DNA of 64,000 nt from Callorhinchus milii. Taxonomy: Eukaryota. Location: the NCBI RefSeq assembly GCF_018977255.1, contig NW_024704743.1, positions 55,244,001 through 55,308,000 on the forward strand, given 5' to 3'. Both the position numbers and the translations under genes were made by a program. Of this stretch, positions 1 to 12,169 are shown in pieces. How positions within the stretch are numbered: position 1 is the first letter of the stretch; each line of letters begins with the position of its first letter. Under the pieces are notes generated by a model. It worked only from the letters and a program-made list of their open reading frames with translations, did no database searches and had not been told where the DNA came from.

Positions 1-653
1 CAGTAACTACACATTACAGTGGCTCCTGTGAAGCACTTTGAGACATCATCTTGACATGAAAGGCCTATATCAAATGCAAAGATCATTTTTTATTATTGTT
101 ATTACAGGAAAACCAATATTAGTCATCTCCTAACTCATTATGCTGCTCCCCTAGCCTACAATACTCCCACAATTACCGGCTGCATTAATTCACAGGAAAA
201 GTAATCCTGTTCCGTCGTCGCATGTGCAGAAGAATTTCATTTCCCACGATTCAGTGTGATTCCAATGCTTGTTGGTAAGTGTGTATGCAGCGACAGGTCG
301 AGACGCATTGAATCATGGGAACCAAAGTCTTGACCGGTCACTGTATGAGTACTTATCGGCTGCATTGAATTTTTCATGTGCAGTGTATATTATTGATTAA
401 ATCAGATTTTATACAATTTATACAGTTTGCCTCAAACTCGGACTTTGCGTAAGTCATATTAATTGTCATGGTCCTGATTGAAAGGACTTATGCGAGTTTT
501 ACTGTAATAACAGTAATAAAACAATGATACTGCATTTAATATAGGCCTAATAATCATTGATTGTATTATATAGGTTAATGTGGTGGTTGAGAAAGCTACA
601 AACAATTGCAATCACTCCTATGTTATCACTGTGTATCTTTGGCCACAGCTGCA

Positions 654-720
654 GAATCATAAATCATAGAATACAGCAATAAAGAAGACTATTCGGCCCA
701 TTATGTCTGTGCTGCTCTTT
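654..720 (-). mobile_element. CR1 LINE 3' terminal fragment
   Basis: AGAATCAT-type terminal repeats followed by ...ATTCGGCCCAT, matching the CR1 3' ends at 8414 and 9482-9592. Confidence 0.6.
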
Positions 721-1030
721 TAAAATTATAATTTTATATTAATAATTTTATTCAAATCATTTGTGGTGATAAAAACATTTAAAAAGATATAATTTTGGAT
801 TTTTCCAAGGAAAGCAGAACTGTTTTGTACTTCTCTATACATGTTTTTGCAGATGTGTTTTGACGGAAGCTGTGTTCGCAATAAAAATACTTTTAAGGAC
901 ATATGATGGTATTCTTCTGAGCAATAAAATCAAGTGCAAAGTCTATCGTACACTCCAGTGTGACAAAAATTTTAAGACATCACGTTAGTGTCTGAAATTC
1001 CACACCATGGGGTAGGCCCAATGTGATGCT

Positions 1031-1079
1031 GTTAAGGCTTATACTGGACAATGAAGATTGTCCAAGTATAAACCTTAAC
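1031..1079. repeat. Near-perfect palindrome bounded by TTAA
   Basis: GTTAAGGCTTATACTGGACAAT-gaag-ATTGTCCAAGTATAAACCTTAAC: about 22 bp stem with 1 mismatch and 1 bulge. Confidence 0.8.
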
Positions 1080-1424
1080 CCAACCATGACATTTCTGACA
1101 ATTCAAACAACTCACTGAGCTAATCAAGCATTCACTGGTTCAATGATAGCAATCCAGTCATCCACATTTGCCTTCCAGCTGGTTATCAGGATCACAGCTT
1201 TATTCACAGTATTTTGTTGAGCAAAAAGCTACAGTTTCACTAACTAGCAGCTGTGATCTGTGAGCCTGAAGTTGAATCTGTGACCTAGTTTAACGAACAT
1301 CAACACTGAGATCACTGTGGAGAGGAGGGGGTGGGAGGGGGAAATCTACATTCCAAACAGCCTTGCAATTCCTATTCAATACTTTAGGAATCTCAAAATC
1401 AGTGTTGCGTCAAACAACTGTCTT

Positions 1425-1615
1425 GTTTCATCCTTCTCCTCTTTCAAAAATCTTCTCATTACCTACCTTTTGGACAGTGCTTTTGGTCATTGCCCTCCTG
1501 CCCCTCCTCCTCCGACCCTCATCTCCCACCCTGTTTGTGGTTCCACTCCGTCCCCGTGAAATGCTTTGTGACGTTTAACCACGTGAAATATGTTATATAA
1601 ATACAAGTTGTTGCT
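1425..1615 (+). mobile_element. L2 LINE 3' end fragment
   Basis: Encodes SFSSFKNLLITYLLDSAF (L2 ORF2 C-terminal 'FKSxLKTxLF' type), then a C-rich UTR and a TATATAAATACAAGTTGTTG tail. Confidence 0.7.
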
Positions 1616-2078
1616 GCAGGCGTTTGGTGATTTCTATTGTCCAAATCACCCTGTCTAAATATTCACTGATCTCTGTTCAAATCACCTAGCATTCAATCTA
1701 GAAGCAGAGTGGAGCAGATCAGGAAATGCATCCCCATCACTCAATTACTCATATCCACTGAGAATAAGTATTGAGTTATTTTGCTGGAAGAATTCTGTTC
1801 TTTTCACGGAAGAAGTAGAACACAATGGAGTGTCTGCTGTTCCACATCAGCAACATTAACTGAAACACCAACCATCCTTATCCTAAGGGTGAAGTATACA
1901 GCATTTAATTTAGAAGATAGCATGGGCTATCTGAGAGGATTCCATTGCACTGCACAAAAAGCATCACTCAAAGAAATATGAATGGAGGCAAATAGCCTCT
2001 CCACACATCACTTGAGTAATCCCAACCTTAGTTTAACAACAGGCCCAGAAACATCCACTGCAGGCGATTTAGGATGTA

Positions 2079-2436
2079 CAACAGAGCCTTGTTATAACGC
2101 ACTTTGATATAATGCAGATTTGCTTACATGTAGGATGCCCTGGGGACCTGCAGCCCAGTAAAAAACATCTGTTTGGGTCACCACCAGTGTCACTTCTTGC
2201 ACACTGAAATGGTAACGCACACACTAACCTACTCGCCCTAGTATGTTGGGTTCTGTACTGCAAAGCCAGCGGCTTTCTGCAAGCATGTCTTGCATGTAGA
2301 AAGTGACATCGGCAGTCACCTGATGACCCAGAAGTCAGTGATTTTTGAGCATGGTAAACCAGCAAAATCATTGTACATTATAATGCTGGTTAGGATTTTA
2401 TGAAAACCAATTACTGCGTATAACAAGGCTCTACTA
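2079..2436. mobile_element. Tc1/mariner (pogo/Tigger-like) MITE
   Basis: TIRs AGAGCCTTGTTATAACGCA (2083-2101) and TGCGTATAACAAGGCTCT (2415-2432), degenerate CAGTA...TACTG termini, TA on both sides. Confidence 0.7.
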
Positions 2437-2646
2437 TATTGAGGAAAAATTGAGTGAGTCACCAGACACTTGTGACTTAGAGGTAGTACTGAAAGTTTGG
2501 TAAACTGTGGACCAAGGGGTTGCTATTCCCTAAGCATGTGAAGTATAGGTTATCTGTAATGGAGACCAAAAGCCACGGAAAAAAGTTGGATTAGTGCCCA
2601 TCAATGCTCTCACTGCTGCTATGGAAGATCACAAAGATTATTTAGC

Positions 2647-2860
2647 AACATAGGAATATGGGACGGGAGCAGGCCATTCAGCCCCTTGAGCCTGTTCTGC
2701 CTTTCTATTTGATCATGGAGAGCTGTTGTCCCATATCCCTTGAAACCTTTACCTAAAAAAAATCTATCCACCTCAGTCTTGAAAATTTGACTGGATCCAG
2801 CATCCACAGCCTTTTGGAGGGGAGAGTTCCAGATTTCCATGTCCCTTTAAGGAAGTGTTT
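2647..2860 (-). mobile_element. CR1 LINE 3' fragment
   Basis: ORF 2619-2840 reads WNSPLQKAVDAGSSQIFKTEVDRFFLGKGFKGYG, homologous to the CR1 C-terminus at 51860-51960. Confidence 0.85.
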
Positions 2861-2994
2861 GGGTCTTAAGTTCCAGAAGTTACCACAGCTACCTTTAATT
2901 CTCTTTGAGAAGAGAGTTGCAGTCAGCCACATTGTAATTACAATTTCAGTTCAGACACTGGGAGGTTTTCCTTACCTAGAGGGTACTTAATGAC

Positions 2995-3150
2995 TGGAAT
3001 AGGTGGCCAGGAAGTGTGGTTCAAGCTAGGACACTGGACTCATTTAAAAAACCTGCTTGATGATGTGATGAGAAGATGGTAGGGTTGGTATTGCGGAGGG
3101 ATGAATCAAATAAGCCTTCATCATCCAAACCAATGTAGTGATATTGTGAT
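2995..3150 (+). mobile_element. Old CR1 3' fragment (second subfamily)
   Basis: GGACACTGGACTCATTTAAAAAACCTGCTTGATG; reverse-complement homologue at about 23640-23760. Confidence 0.55.
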
Positions 3151-3811
3151 CTTAGGACCTTCTGATATTTTGCACCCATTAAAATATCTCGGAAAAGGTG
3201 CAAAAATCAGTGATTTAAGAAATGTCTTGCCCATAGTACTTAAAGGTTAAAGAGAGAGGGACATTGCTGCAAGGAAGATTGTTCTTATATAATGACAGGG
3301 ATTTGAAGGAGACTCTGATTTTTTTCCTTGGGCACTTTTACTTAAATAAGTTAATAATTGTTTCCTGGTAATTACTTTATCTGTTTTCCACTTTTCTCTA
3401 ATTGTACCTAGCATTTTTTTCCTTTAAAATCTTTGCACAGACTTTGCACTGCAATGTTCAGTAATAGCTCCTTACGGACTTAAGAAATGTGCAAAGCAGC
3501 AGGAGCCCATTCAACCCATTTTTTGTGTTTGTGTTTGCTCCTCGAAGAAAGAATCCATCTGAATCCCAAATACAGGTTTATTCCATCTGAAATCTCACTG
3601 CAACCAAAAAAAATCCAATCAAAATGTTAACTATATCCTCTCCACCTGAGTGAGGATCCTGAGGGAAGTCCATTGGTGCAAGAATATCTGCCCTCTCCGC
3701 CTATCATGCTGTAACAGCTACAATTTAAACATTCACTATAACTATTTAAATACCTTTTCAAAACCTTCCTATTGAACAGCAAAACACCAGCTCTCAAATG
3801 AAAGACAAATA

Positions 3812-4135
3812 GGTGTCAGCTTGTCTCAGTTGCCACTGGGTCAGAAGGTCGTGGGGACTTTGCGCTTGTGGTCTAGGCTGACAAACAGCTGGAGAGTACA
3901 TCGTCTGAACATTCAATTGGATGTTAAAGAACCATCACTACATGGCACTATTTGAAAAGCAAAGTGAGTTTCTCCTGGTGTCCTGGCCAACAATCCTCCA
4001 ATTAAAATTGCTGCGTGCAATCTGGTTGTCACATTAGCCAACAAATACATGGTTGCTACATGTAACAGTAATTGCTGCAAAGTGCTTTGAGATGTTTTGA
4101 TGTGATCAGGTACTGCAACAAATGTGCAAATTATT
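3812..4135 (+). mobile_element. Deu-domain SINE (SacSINE1/AmnSINE1-like), decayed
   Basis: tRNA-like head GTCAGC..CTCAGTTG..GTCAGAAGG, Deu motifs CATGGCACTATTTGAA and TTCTCCTGGTGTCCTGGCCAA, L2-type tail. Confidence 0.7.
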
Positions 4136-4959
4136 TTAAATATTGTCCAATTATGACTAAAATTAAACATTCTCTCAAATCATCTTGCATTCCAAATGAT
4201 CAATATTAAATAACAGCTTGAGTAATCATGGTGAATAAATAACTACAGATGTCTTTCAGAATATAACCCCGGGTTACATTTGTGGTTAATCTATTGGGAC
4301 TTATTATATTCCCCATCGTGTGTAGAAAACTTTGACTAAAAACAGCAGTCATTTCAGTTCCAACATCAACTCAGTGTTTCATTAAACTCTACTTTCAGGA
4401 ATGAACTTCAAGTAAAAGCTGACAAGTAATAAATATGTGTTTTCTATAGTAATATCCTGCTGAATTATAATACCATTAAAGGCATCAATTATCATAGTAC
4501 CAATCACAGTGAAAAATGATGGGCTGGATATTTTGCACTTTTTTTCTCATTCTGCAATCTGGCTTTGAAAAATGTAATTGGGTTATTGAGTTATATTGTT
4601 CATTATTTCAACACACACTGAAAACTAGCCTACAGAGAATATAATATTCTGTAAAANGGCATTTACCTCAGCTGGAACCTTCACTATTTTTTAATAAGCA
4701 CATCAATAAAATCCAAAATACTGTATAACCATGGGAATGCTAGGAAATCAAAATGCTCGTGTTTGGTATTAAATTGTCCAGGTTTTCAACTTTTATTCCA
4801 CACATGTTCCTTCCCCACTCCCTTACAACTGCCCTTGAGTTCTCCCAACTCTCTGCCCCTCTGACCCTCTGCCCACCTCACCTTTACCTTCTCTGGCATC
4901 CTGAACACCCTTGCTCCCATTATATCATGAATTGCCTCCTATCCTAGCATGCCCTATCC

Positions 4960-5530
4960 TACTGAACACACATGGCTCAAATCTGGCCTCAACTGCCAGA
5001 TCTGGCTGGACCACACCAAAACCTACCATTGCACCTCAGTAAAATTGTTTTTCCACTCTAGGATCATCCTGAAGGCCATAGACAACTTGAGGCTTTTAAC
5101 CTCACACACCCTCCAAAGTTTTTTCTATCCTTCATCTTTAAGGCCCTCCATGGCCTTGACCCCTCCTTCCCCTCTGACCTGCTAACCCCTTATCGACCTG
5201 TCTGCTCCTTCCTCTCAGCAGGTTCCAGCCTGCTCCATGTGCCCTGCCCAGCCTGCCCCACCATCGGGGGTCAGGCCTTCAGCCTCTCTGCTTGCTCCCT
5301 CTGAACATCCCACATTCCCTTCACCTCATTCCCTTCCTTGCCTCCTTCAAGGCAAGTCTCAAGATCCTCCTCCTCAACCGTACCTTCAGCCACCCTCCTA
5401 TTCTTTCTGCCTTCCACCCTCCCTGTTCCTAACCCCTCCCCCCGCTTGGGACCTAATCCCTGACTGTTCAGCGCCTTGGGACGTCTCCCGATCTAAAAGG
5501 AGCTTTACAAATTGTAATTTTGTATTGTAT
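4960..5530 (+). mobile_element. L2 LINE fragments including a 3' end
   Basis: Central ORF2 remnant, then FKALHGL-type coding, C-rich UTR and stem-loop AGCGCCTTGGGACGTCTCCC..AAAGGAGCT. Confidence 0.75.
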
Positions 5531-5599
5531 CCTTAGCTCCAACTACACATTTGAAGTGATGGACTTTCTCAGGTCCAAAATTAAATGGATTCATTTAAC

Positions 5600-6275
5600 C
5601 ACCTCCACCTTTAACTATTGCCTGGTACAACAGTCATCTCCGCTCACTTAAAACCCAAACCTTTGACCATAGATAGCAGAAATCCGGCTTCACTATTCAC
5701 CGCCATCTGTGGCTCGAGCCCTCCACACCTACCACCTCTCCCTTTCACAGGCCAAAACTGACTTTTACTCCAAAGTCATCCTGGAAGCCAAAAACAACCC
5801 AAAGACACTGTTTTTCACCGGCCATCATTTCCTCTGTGCACCACCTCTAGCTCCCTCTATCCTCACATCAAATGCCAAGTGTGAAGAGGTTCTTGATTCC
5901 TTCACCTCAAAGATTGAAAACATCTGCTTGGCTGCATCGTCCTCCCTTCCCCCATGTCCCCTTCCACCCCACCCAGACCATCCACACCACATGCTCCCTC
6001 CACCATGGTTCCTGCCACTAGCCCCTCCTTACACTCTTTTGCCCTCATTTCACCCTCCTCCATCTCAACCACAATCACCAGCATGAAGTTTATCACCTCC
6101 TGCCTCAACCTCCTCCCCACCCACCTTTTTCAAGTCCCATCTGAAAACCTTCCTTTTGACTGTGCTTGCAGTCACCACCCTCCTCCCCAGCTCAGAGTCA
6201 GACTGCACCACTATGAAGTGCTCTTACATGTTACCCTGTGTGGAGGGTGCTATATAAGTGCACGTTATTGTTGTA
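5600..6275 (+). mobile_element. L2 ORF2 central fragment joined to an L2 3' tail
   Basis: YHLSLSQAKTDFYSKVILEAKNNPKTLF...FTSKIENI is a typical L2 EN-RT linker; tail GCTATATAAGTGCACGTTATTGTTG. Confidence 0.75.
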
Positions 6276-6789
6276 GGTTGGCTGGTGTATCATCAAATCC
6301 TTGTCTTCCCTAAAACTTTGGTCTAAAGCTCTTGAGAGGGCATTTTTTGTCAGATCACATAATCCACAGATCAAGAGTCAAACCTGGGATATTCATGAAC
6401 TTTTCTTGGTCCATACCACTCTACATTTACCCATTGATTCTTGGGAGAGGCATCCCTTTTCCTTATCATTGTATCTCTCGGTAGCCAACTCAGAACTGGT
6501 CGAAGCCTGTAAGGAGGTCATCTTAAGGACATGAGTGGTGCAGTATACAAAGAGGAACATAAATTAACTTTTGGAGTCTTAATCTATTTCCCATCGGATG
6601 TCTCAATGTAGCTTGATTTTCTTATACTGACAATTTTGGTAGTGTTAAGTGAAAGTATTGCATCTGCTACAATAAATCAGCCTGTAATTATTCTGTGAGA
6701 CAGCAAGACCCACCACATGGAAGCCGTATAAATGGTCACATTCTCTGAAATCTATTAGGCTAATTAAATTAAGTATCTGCTAACTTGTA

Positions 6790-7375
6790 CAACCATAGTT
6801 GGAGCAATCCTTCTGCCGTCCTCTGATCTTCTGAATTCCTCCCCCTCTGGCCCTTCAATTGTCATGATTTCAGTGCATCTATTAATTACTCTGTCACCTC
6901 CGCCCCAATGCCCTTGTCCCAACCAAATCCATAAGTGCTTCTTACTACCACAAGCCCCCTGTTGTAATTTCCAATCATTAAAAGTCCAAAGGAGGTCATG
7001 CATTTCCTGATGTCCAAAAAATTGACAAGATCCTTTCAGCCATCTCCATACACTCCCCTACCTGTACACTCCCCTTTTTTACACAGTTTTGACCCCATCT
7101 CCCCTCCTTATCTCACCTCCTCATCTCCTGGATGAAACTCACCACCTGCTTCCTTGAATCCTTCCAAACTGGCTTCCACTCCAGTGACAGTATTGAGACA
7201 GCCCTGATCAAATGGTATTTTCTCTGTGTGTTACCAGGGCTCCCCTTATCCTCCTCAATTTCTCTGCCACCTTTGACACCGTTGATCACTCTATCTTTCT
7301 CCAAACATCTCTCCTCTTTGATTCCCTTCCATAGCTTTGCATTTTCTAGGTCTCACTGCTGCTTATTCCAGCATC
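6790..7375 (+). mobile_element. Decayed L2 ORF2 fragment
   Basis: ORF 7132 reads LESFQTGFHSSDSIETALIK (RT 'QSGF..HSTETAL' motif), followed by a 'DLSAAFDTVDH'-like remnant. Confidence 0.65.
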
Positions 7376-7379
7376 TCTA

Positions 7380-7620
7380 CAGCAAGTTCAAGTTGATAAT
7401 TACCCTCTGGGTAAAGAACTACTTCCTGGTTTTCATCCTGAAATTGCCCTTTACAATCCTGAATCTGTGCCCACTTTTTCTGCTGTCTTAGCTCAGCTGA
7501 AAGTATTGTCCAAATTGTACTTTCTCAGTCCCATTTAAAATCCCACATGCCTCTGTAAGGTTTCCTCTAAGAAGCCTCTTTAGATGCTGAAGAGTCCAAG
7601 CTCTTTTTTGCTCATAGCTC
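7380..7620 (-). mobile_element. Old CR1 ORF2 C-terminal fragment
   Basis: Reverse strand resembles 'GHxxKL..F.....RK.FFTQRV' (ACCCTCTGGGTAAAGAACTACTTCCTG). Confidence 0.55.
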
Positions 7621-7627
7621 ATCTACG

Positions 7628-8048
7628 TGTCAGCCTGGTGTGGTTGTACTCTCGCCTCTGCGTCAGAAGGTTGTGGGTTCAAACTCCACATTGGGTCTTG
7701 CAGACACATAGTCTAAGCTGACACTCCAATCTTTTGGATGAGACATTAAACCGAGATCCCGTCTACCTCTTCAGGTGGACGTTCAAGAACCCATGGCACT
7801 ATTCGAAAACAGAATGGAGTTTCTCCCAGTGTCCTACTCAACAAATCCTCAAATAAAATTGATCATACTTCATGGCTGGTTGTGGGGCATTGCTGTGCGC
7901 AAACTGGATGCTGGGTTTCGCCCACAAAATACCCAGTCAATACCACTTTACAGTATATCCTGTGAAACTCTTTGAGATGTCTCGACGATGTGACCAAGGG
8001 CTATAATCAAATGCAAGGATTATTATTATTTATTATTATTTTTATTAT
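7628..8048 (+). mobile_element. Deu-domain tRNA SINE, near full length
   Basis: B-box GGTTCAAAC, Deu core GGATGAGACATTAAACCGAG..CAGGTGGACG..CCCATGGCACTATTCGAA, tail CAAATGCAAGGATTATTATT. Confidence 0.85.
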
Positions 8049-8413
8049 TCCTTAAACGCTGGGGATCTTCCTCTGTACTGAAGATACTCCTCTGCGTTGC
8101 CTCTTGGGCCTAGACAGCCATATTAGGTTGTGGCACTATGAATCACTCCAGATTTGGCTTGGCTAAAGGAATGGTCCAGCTTGAGGATGATTTCTGGGGT
8201 CAGTGAAGAACAACCACAGAACTTACATGCATGTCGTAATATATTCACACACAACACTATTTGTCTGCTGCATACTCAGAAAAAAACAGTTTCAACCTGA
8301 ACGTTTAAAGTAGAGTATTTCCCCCAACTTAAAAGTGTGGGACTCTTTCCACTCTCAATCTTTGCTTCCTGATACAATATGCAACCTTTTAAAACCAAGC
8401 TGCTTGTCATCAA

Positions 8414-8690
8414 ATAGAATCATAGAATCATACAGCACAGAAGGAGGCCATTCGGCCCATCATATCTGTGCTGGCTATTTGAAAAGAGTTACCCAATCAA
8501 TCCCACTCCCCCGCGCTCTCCCCATAGCCCTGCAAACTTGTCCTCCCCAAATAATTATCTTCCTCTCTCTTAAAAGTTATTATCGAATCGGCTTCAACCA
8601 CCCTTTCAGGCAATGCATTCCAAATCCGAACAACTCGCTGAGTGAAAACATTTCTTATAGAATCAGAGAATCCTACAGCACAGAAGGAAA
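8414..8690 (-). mobile_element. CR1 LINE 3' fragment (young), with a second CR1 terminus at about 8657-8690
   Basis: ORF reads FTQRVVRIWNALPERVVEADSIITFKREEDNYL...GYGESAGEWD; (ATTCTATG)n terminus. Confidence 0.9.
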
Positions 8691-9379
8691 TCTTACTTAT
8701 CATGTTTCTCTAAGTGCTCCAGGATGCTATCCTGCATGAAGGGCACTATATAAATGCAAGTGTTTATTCTCTGCTACGTTGAATTGTGATGGTTCACTGC
8801 TTTATGGACCTCAGCCCCTCACCTACCTTCTCATTTTTCTTTATTAAGAATTCCCTTTTAAGGGGCAGGTCTTTTAAAATACGTACTTTTATCTTCGGTA
8901 ACAATTTTTGAAAATAGCAGCATTTTGCTCAGTTATGTTTAATCATCTGGCCAATAAAGACAACAAAAAACTCCCACCTAAATTCACACAAAATAGCTGA
9001 GTAAACAGAAAAAAATACCAGAAATACTGGAAGGAATCCATTCCTCCTTAAAGAAGCATGTCTACTCTGAATAGATTGCTCAATTTTACATATACAGAGT
9101 TCCAGAAGGTTAAAAGAATTTTCCTGTTATCTGTAAGAGCAATTCATTAAATGGATGCTATGGTCAGTTAATTTTGTTTCATTGTTGGCTACAAGCAAAT
9201 GCTCTATCGACAGTGTTAATCTGTAAAATGAGTAATGCAAGCATCCTCTTTATAGCACCTGGTCCTGAATTGGGTTCTTTTTACTACCTCAATGTAACAC
9301 ACCTTCCATCTTTTTTCTGCAAAAGTTCTCAGGTTCATTTTTCTTCATTGGTCCACTTTGAGTCTCTTCATTACTCAAA

Positions 9380-9845
9380 AACAACAACTTGCACTCATAT
9401 AGAGCTTTTCACATAGGCAGAACGTCTTTACAAAGATGTAAGGGGAGTCCGAGCTAGGAAGAAGTTGGGAGAGGTGACCAAATGGGGAGAGAGCGGGGCA
9501 GTGGGATTGATTGGAATAACTCTTTTCAAATAGCCGGCACAGACACGATGGGCCGAATGGCCTCCTTCTGTGCTGTATGATTCTATGATTTTATGGTCAC
9601 CTTTGAGTCAAAGAGTTAGGGATTTTTGAAAGCAAGCAGGATGCTGAAGAGGTCCAGTTCAGACTGGACCTCATGACAAAGAAATGGATGAGGATTTTAG
9701 TTGCAAAGGGGGAGAGTAGTGCCAGAGGCAGGTGATGTTGTGGAAAAGAAGGAAAGCAGACTAAGTAAGAGCACAAATGAGAGGCTTAAAGGAGCGTTGA
9801 GGGTTGGATAATGTCCCATAATTCCATACAGGCTCCATGAGATGA
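9380..9845 (-). mobile_element. Old L2 3' fragment interrupted by a CR1 end
   Basis: ACAACAACTTGCA tail and purine-rich L2-like body that resumes after 9600. Confidence 0.55.
9482..9592 (+). mobile_element. CR1 3' end
   Basis: GATGGGCCGAATGGCCTCCTTCTGTGCTGTATGATTCTATGATT; close reverse-complement match to 8416-8525. Confidence 0.9.
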
Positions 9846-9852
9846 AGGGGGC

Positions 9853-10160
9853 AACAACAACAACAAAATTACATTTCTAGAGCGCCTTTCATGTCGGGAG
9901 GATGTCCCAAGGCACTGGACAATCAGATTAATTATTATATTTGTCTTTATAGTTTGAAGCAACTCATTGCATTGATTGTTTCAACACCAATAACAACAAT
10001 AAAATTACATTTGTATAGTGCCTTTCACATCAGGAGAACTTCCCAAGTCAGTATTTCTGACCCGAGCTGGGGGTCGGAATCGAGGAGGGTGAGGTGGATA
10101 AGAAGGGTGACTGACAGCATGGTCGAAGAGGAGAGTCTTGAGATGGGTTTTGAAGGAAGG
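9853..10160 (-). mobile_element. Two short L2 3' ends (9853-9920 and 9983-10160)
   Basis: (AAC)n tail plus GCGCCTTTCA..GGGAGGATGTCCCAAGG stem-loop, present twice. Confidence 0.75.
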
Positions 10161-10269
10161 GTACAATGGGGCCTAATAGAGAAACCAGACTTTGTATTTA
10201 ATTCTGACTTTTGGTTTGCAACTAACACATTTTTGTAGTTTCAATCAAAGCTGTAAATTTGCTTAATAG

Positions 10270-10590
10270 TAATAATAATAATAATCCTTATATTTGATAT
10301 AGCACCTGTTATATCAGAAGAATGTCTCAAAGCGCTTGAATTTCAAAGAATGTCTCAGGATACTTCAAAATAGAGTGGCTGTGTATTTTGTGGGCGAATA
10401 TGGCAGCCAATTTGCCTACAGCAATCTCCCACAAACAGTCATGAAGTGAGTGACCAATTTTATTTGGGGAATTTGTTGGCCAGGACACCAGGAGAAACTT
10501 CCTACTCTTACGAAGAGTGCTACAGGATCTTTAACACCCACCTGATCAGGCAGACAGGACCTCGGTTCAACATCTCACCTGAAAGACAGT
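10270..10590 (-). mobile_element. Deu-domain SINE, 5'-truncated
   Basis: (AAT)n tail, TTGGCCAGGACACCAGGAGAAAC and CAGGCAGACAGGACCTCGGTTCAACATCTCA (reverse complement of the Deu core). Confidence 0.8.
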
Positions 10591-11199
10591 AGTTGGATGT
10601 TAATTCCCTGTGCTTAAAGCATACAATACAACTCTATACTCAATACATACAACTCTGTGATGGTCAACCGTGCAACTAACATTAGAGGACACCCACCTCG
10701 GTTTCAGTAACCAAAAAAATTCACATGAGCTTGACAAAACATCAGAATGGTGCTCTTTCTGCTTATCTACAGATCCATCCCGATGATCAACTCTTCAGTG
10801 CCTTGGAGCCTAAAAAGGAAAAATTATGGCATCACATGAGAGGGAATGTTGTTGGCACACTACCAGAATGTGATGTATTGAAATGTCAATAGAGGCTATA
10901 TCCGCTATTTAGTATAGACAAATGCACAGAGATTTAATTTCCTTTGCTACTTCTAATCTGATCCTATACCCAGTTTCTACAGTCTCTACTTCCAGCAGTA
11001 AAGTGATTAGGAGCAGTTCATGAATGAGTTCTGTTAATAATTTTTATTTATTGTTATTTAAAGAGCTAGCTGACTGATCAGCTCTTCACCAATATTAAAA
11101 ATTAGTCCTTTACATGTCCGGGACAATAAATGGTCTTATAAAAAACGACAATTAAATGAGCTGGCCTTATACTGGTGTAGTATACTGGCCTTATACTGG

Positions 11200-11377
11200 A
11201 GTGGATCCATTCACATTTTCAACACTGAGGTGGACAGACATTTGTTAGGTCAGGGTATTAAAGGATATGGGGCAAGGGCGGATAATTGGACTTAAAGTAC
11301 ATATCAGCCATGATCTTATAAAATGGCGGAACAGGCTTGAGGGGCTGAATGGCCTACTACTGTTTCTATGTTTCTAT
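11200..11377 (+). mobile_element. CR1 3' end
   Basis: [18 protein letters not shown] coding followed by GGCTGAATGGCCTACTACTGTTTCTATG. Confidence 0.8.
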
Positions 11378-11619
11378 TTTGATGTTTATAAGTAGTGTGG
11401 ATTGATTTGTTTGTCAAATGGCCTCAGCTGACAAGCTCAAATGTTTCGCATTTCTAGAGCCGGCTGTTCAACCTATTGTAGAAGGTACTTTTTATCATGG
11501 GTATTCATTATGCAAATACAGCACAAACTAGTCTTGAGATTTTCATTCATGTGTTCAGTTGATAGCACTCTTTCCTCTGAATCAAATGATTGTGAGTTCA
11601 AGCCATACATATAATACAA

Positions 11620-12140
11620 ATTTATGTTTATATAGCATCTTTCACATCTTGAGGACATCCCAAGGTATTGGGCAGTCCAGGATTTGCAGCTGAGCTGGGG
11701 TTAGGCGCTGGGGAGTGAGGGGAAGAAAAAATGACCAAATGAGTGGTCAAAGAGGAAGGTCTTGAGGTGGACCTTGAAGGAGGTGAGGGAAGGGGCAAGC
11801 TGAAGGGACTCCAGATGGAGTTCCAGAGAATGGAGAGATATGCTGAAAGCCTGATCACCAATGGTGGGGTCGTAAAGCAGGCTGGTGCTCAATGAGTGGA
11901 GGGAGCGGGCAGGTTGGTAGGGTTAGAGGAGGTGACAGAATTAGGATGGGGCAAGACCATGAAGGGATTTAAAGGTTAGGAGAAGATCTTGAACTTGATT
12001 TGCTGGGGGATGGGGAACCAGTGGAGCCAGGCAAGGACAGGGATTACTGATTCGCTGAGCATCGTGCAGGGTTGCAGCATTCTAGATAACCTGCAGCTAG
12101 CGAAGGGAAGAGCCTAGTGTGAGCCTAGTGTAGCCTGGAG
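11620..12140 (-). mobile_element. L2 3' fragment
   Basis: ORF reads LAPSLTSFKVHLKTFLFDHSFG; L2 tail stem-loop. Confidence 0.8.
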
Positions 12141-12169
12141 CCTACATTGGGTTTACAAATTTGCTGTAT

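Noticed and set aside
820..915. Strong-looking splice acceptor (TTTTTGCAG at 852) followed by MCFDGSC
   Set aside because: That frame stops after 17 codons, the donor is weak, and there is no recognisable protein or partner exon.
10750..10840. Acceptor-like site followed by IHPDDQLFSALEPKKENYGIT*
   Set aside because: No recognisable homology or supporting exons.
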